A stretch of 61,488 bases of DNA, filler included, from Globobulimina sp. (lineage: Eukaryota): NCBI GenBank assembly GCA_003354225.1. It is 17 parts of 17 records of this genome, joined end to end, with 100 filler letters (N's around TTAATTAATTAA, not from the genome) between each part and the next. Parts side by side here need not be neighbours in the genome. Positions count along the whole stretch, not along the records: positions 57,970 to 61,488 come from PIVH01002593.1; 16 more parts are not named here. One strand, given 5' to 3'. The position numbers were made by a program, and so were the translations under genes. Below, piece after piece: positions 57,970 through 61,488 of the stretch. Below the pieces are notes generated by a model. That model was not told where the DNA came from, ran no database searches, and saw only the letters and a list, made by a program, of their open reading frames with translations. Each line of letters begins with the position of its first letter. Within the stretch, counting starts at the first letter, position 1.

Positions 57970-59002
57970 ACATGTTACAGCCACAGCAATGGGTTTATTC
58001 TTTGTCGTATTTGCAGGGATTTTATCTCTAATTCTACCACTCTTGAGATGGAAAATGGAGCCATTGATTGTCTCAAAAAATCCATATGAAGCCCAAGTGT
58101 ATGAGTATATGGAGCAACATGAAGGGAATGGATGTGATTGCTGCGAAGTTATTCCAAGTTGTAGATCCAGAATTCGTGATGAAGATATTCGAGCAAACAT
58201 TACCAAATTGCATAAACACGACGAAACCGCATTTCATATTGCAGCAAAACATGGTGCTGTCAATACAATGAGTACATTTTTGGAGATGTTTGAGCAGAAA
58301 GAGTTTGCCGAAGAGGTTCAAAAAAGAAGATCGAAATACAAGAAAGATAATGTCAATGGAAATGATATTTTGGATATCGACCCAGAGAATGATATTTTGG
58401 ATCGAATATTATGTGAACAGGATTCCAACGCACCGGATGATGATGAAGATTTTTTAAAATATTTGAAAACGCAGATTAAAAATGCAAAAACGCAGGAAAA
58501 ATGTGTATGTGGCACGAGATTTATTCATTCCGAAGATTCAAAACCAGATAACATTGCTGCTACAAAAGCAGTCTGCAGACATTGTTCAATGGAAACCGAT
58601 GGCAATGGTCATTTCTGTCCGTATGGAGAACAAAATCATAAAACAACAGCAAATCAATATGTTATATGTGGCAAATGCTATCAAACACAAACAGAGGAAT
58701 ATGGCGATAAAACTGCATATGAGTGTGCCGAAGAAAATGGTCATACAGAAATAATTGATTTATTTAGCAACAAACAAGAATTACTTGTTTTAACTGATTC
58801 GAACAAAGTTGAAGAGAATGAAGTGGTTATATGGTTAACAAAAGACGTGAATCTTACACAATATATTGATACGTTCGTTGGAAATGGTTATACAGATATG
58901 AGAGCAGTTAAAGCTATGGATAAAAATGATATGATTGAAATTGGTATCACATTGCCTGGACATCAAAAATTAATTAATGAGTGTATAAAACAATTACAAT
59001 AA
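57970..59002 (+). CDS. TM - ankyrin - Cys-rich - ankyrin - SAM protein, 5'-truncated
   Basis: ETAFHIAAKHG, KTAYECAEENGHTEIIDL, CVCG..CRHC..HFC..ICGKC, SAM WL..VNLTQYIDTFVGNGY..IGITLPGHQK. Confidence 0.75.
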
Positions 59003-59211
59003 AATATGTTTTTTGCGAAATATGTATATATGTGATAAATGCAATAATAATAATATGTTGTTTTAAATCCAATTTTTTCGATGTTTGCTATATTTTTTGG
59101 TTTGTTTTTTGTAATTTTCGACATATTAATTATACGCAAACATTTTTGCTATATTATATTATAATAAAAACTGAAACATGTTAGAGAAAACTTTTGTAGC
59201 TCACTTGATGT

Positions 59212-60375
59212 ATGGACAAAGTAGAAACTCCGTTTGCTGTTCCAATAACGGTGAGTTATTCAGTAGCAGCAGTCGGTCAATGCAAAGATGAATTGTTGTA
59301 TCGTGGATATTCAATACATGATTTAATGAACAATGACTGCAGTTATGAGGAGATTGTTTATTTAATATTAAGAGGAACATTGCCAAACAAAACGCAATTA
59401 TTACAATATCAACACAGATTAAATTCGTATACAATTCCATTGAAATTAACACGTTTTTTAAAAAACATTAATGAACCACATATGCATTGCATTGATTATT
59501 TGAAAATCGCCATTACATATTTGGGTATTATAAAATGTGAAAGTGATACTCCATCAAACAAAACGATATTGGACGTCAACAAAATAATGGATGAAATCGT
59601 GGCGTTAATGCCATTGTTACTGCTGAGTTATGATGAAAACAAAAATATTAATTATCAAAACGGATCACCTCACAAATATATGTTAGCAAAACGTTTCCTT
59701 GCCATAACCCATTCGGATGCACAATATATTAATATAACGGATGAAATGGTAAATTGTTTGAATAAAGCAATGATATTATACGGCGAACATGGTGTAACAA
59801 CCTCGGCATTCACAGCAAGAGTTGTTATCTCATCATTATCCGATATATATTCAGCAATTTGTGCGGCATTATGTGCTGCAAAAGGTACATTACATTGTGG
59901 AGCCAGTGAAAAAGCATTATATTTGATACAAAATTATGAAAAAGCAACGCTATTAAAAAATTTATCAAACAGAGAAATTATTGAAGGATTTGGACATCGA
60001 GAATATATGAGAAACGATTTAAGAATTGACCCTCGAAACAGATATGTCAAGGATTTAGCAAAGATATTGTCGAATAAAGCAATCAATCCAATGTTTTGTA
60101 GGCCACATTTGTACAAAAATGCAGTTGAGATTGAGGAAATTATGATGAATACCAAGGGTTTGTTTGCAAATATCGATTTCTATGGAGCTTTGGTACATTA
60201 TCAATTGGGGATTGATCCGTCATTATTGACTGGAATGGTATGTATTAATTTATGTGTTGGATGGCTGGCTAATATTATGGAGCAACGAAAAACTTATAAC
60301 AGATTGATTCGGCCTGTTTCTATTTATACCGGCCACAAGTTGCAACAATTTATTCCTCTGACATCTAGATTGTAA
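59212..60375 (+). CDS. Bacterial-type citrate / 2-methylcitrate synthase (PrpC-like)
   Basis: LLYRGY..YEEIVYL..GTLP, LYGEH, SAFTARV..SDIYSAI, KGTLHCGA, GFGHREY..DPR, ANIDFY, RLIRPVSIYTG; intronless. Confidence 0.88.
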   Translation: MDKVETPFAVPITVSYSVAAVGQCKDELLYRGYSIHDLMNNDCSYEEIVYLILRGTLPNKTQLLQYQHRLNSYTIPLKLTRFLKNINEPHMHCIDYLKIAITYLGIIKCESDTPSNKTILDVNKIMDEIVALMPLLLLSYDENKNINYQNGSPHKYMLAKRFLAITHSDAQYINITDEMVNCLNKAMILYGEHGVTTSAFTARVVISSLSDIYSAICAALCAAKGTLHCGASEKALYLIQNYEKATLLKNLSNREIIEGFGHREYMRNDLRIDPRNRYVKDLAKILSNKAINPMFCRPHLYKNAVEIEEIMMNTKGLFANIDFYGALVHYQLGIDPSLLTGMVCINLCVGWLANIMEQRKTYNRLIRPVSIYTGHKLQQFIPLTSRL

Positions 60376-60493
60376 ACACACCACACATTTTTAATCCATT
60401 TTATTGCAGTATTGCCAACTAGTTTGATTCTCCGATTTCGTCCAGCAACATCAAGAACATGTTTCGCTTAAAAAGTTTGTAGTTTGCAGTTTC

Positions 60494-61465
60494 TCACTTT
60501 GGATGTGTCAATGTTTGATGGTCAAGAAGATGTTTTTCAAATGGATTTGTTCTTGTCATTGCTTGACATACAGTTTCCACACATCTGTGGCATCCACAAC
60601 AACATGCATGGTATATATGTTTATTTTGTGGCAACACTAACCATAAAACGAAAACATTCACCATATCCTCAATTGATCTCAAAAGCATTATCATTATCAA
60701 TCCTTCAGTGAAATATCCATTGCCTAAATCGGTGAAACACATTAACATTACTCCTATAAAAAAGAACTGATTTGTAATGATTGCCAAACTATACAACACT
60801 GAATGTTTAGTCATGACATTGAATAAAGAATATGTTATATTGTTTATTGAGTGTTTGTCTTTGTGCCATTTCTCAATTTCAATGATTGTTTGTTTTAATT
60901 TGTGATAAAATAAAATGAATAAAGACACATTTAATAAGAAATCATTGGCACTCAAAACATACGTTGCTGGCATACCAAGTTTGACCCATTCTTGCCAGGA
61001 ATGAAAAAAAAATGTTATCACTATTGTATGCCATATGGCTGCAAGACAGGATATTATCATTTGAGTACAAAGCACATATAATGCAAATCTTGATAAATTA
61101 AATTGCGTTTCTGCAAAAACGTGGTATATTCTGCAGATCAATAATGAATAGAATGTAATGTCTCCAACGTAATAAAATGTATCTGCCATTCCAGATACTT
61201 TTGGTTCCAGTGGCGATGAAAAGGATTTACTTTCCATCATATGAATAAATACATGTATGATATCTGTCAAACTTGTGCAACAAAATGCTATCATTGATAT
61301 TATTGTTAGATTTCTAAACAATGGCTGCATCAGTTGCTTTTTTCCGTGACATTGCGACATTTGCCATAACGAGTATGACGATATAAACAACATGATGAAG
61401 AATACAATGGTCATAAAGGTTAAAGTTGCTATGAACCATTTGATCGCCAAATCACTATTAGCCAT
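60494..61465 (-). CDS. Orphan 7TM (GPCR-like) membrane protein
   Basis: 323 aa with about seven hydrophobic helices, RIYHVF after TM3, and C-terminal YHACCCGCHRC. Confidence 0.7.
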   Translation of the reverse strand: MANSDLAIKWFIATLTFMTIVFFIMLFISSYSLWQMSQCHGKKQLMQPLFRNLTIISMIAFCCTSLTDIIHVFIHMMESKSFSSPLEPKVSGMADTFYYVGDITFYSLLICRIYHVFAETQFNLSRFALYVLCTQMIISCLAAIWHTIVITFFFHSWQEWVKLGMPATYVLSANDFLLNVSLFILFYHKLKQTIIEIEKWHKDKHSINNITYSLFNVMTKHSVLYSLAIITNQFFFIGVMLMCFTDLGNGYFTEGLIMIMLLRSIEDMVNVFVLWLVLPQNKHIYHACCCGCHRCVETVCQAMTRTNPFEKHLLDHQTLTHPK

Positions 61466-61488
61466 GGTTCTGCTTGAAAGATTTAGAT

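Noticed and set aside
1..61488. Functional gene clusters spanning neighbouring contigs
   Set aside because: Contigs are ordered by length, so adjacency across spacers carries no biological information

Overview
This window is not one locus. It is 17 unrelated contigs of 3519-3528 bp, sorted by decreasing length and joined by artificial 100-nt spacers (N44-TTAATTAATTAA-N44), so gene neighbourhood only means something within a contig. Most contigs come from an AT-rich, gene-dense eukaryote that uses the standard genetic code and has short GT-AG introns (about 40-150 nt). The gene families (HLDISLEN kinases, SAM/U-box/Kelch/SPRY/F-box proteins, orphan 7TM proteins, ART-fold proteins) suggest a foraminiferan or other rhizarian; this is an inference. 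Recognisable genes include a RUS1/DUF647 protein, a Ser/Thr kinase, IFT dynein-2 heavy chain, SPT6, a BMT5-like methyltransferase, a UMP-CMP kinase, an O-fucosyltransferase, an alpha-carbonic anhydrase, an ankyrin-SET protein, a multi-FAS1 protein, a reprolysin, a GPH/MFS transporter and a PrpC-like citrate synthase. One contig is a circularly permuted Ty3/gypsy retrotransposon (integrase - single LTR - gag/pol). Several abrupt junctions look like amplification or assembly chimeras, including a bacterial LysR/oxidoreductase fragment fused in frame to a spliced MFS gene and a diatom-like plastid presequence. No multi-gene novel system can be demonstrated. The best leads are three different ADP-ribosylation enzymes (PARP/Gig2-like, PBZ-ART, membrane-anchored microbial PARG), a 2OG-Fe(II) dioxygenase fused to a ubiquitin/NEDD8-like domain, an ameliorated bacterial-type methylcitrate synthase, a candidate 21-nt intron and a small TA-flanked MITE. 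All family calls are from motif recognition by eye; no searches were run.
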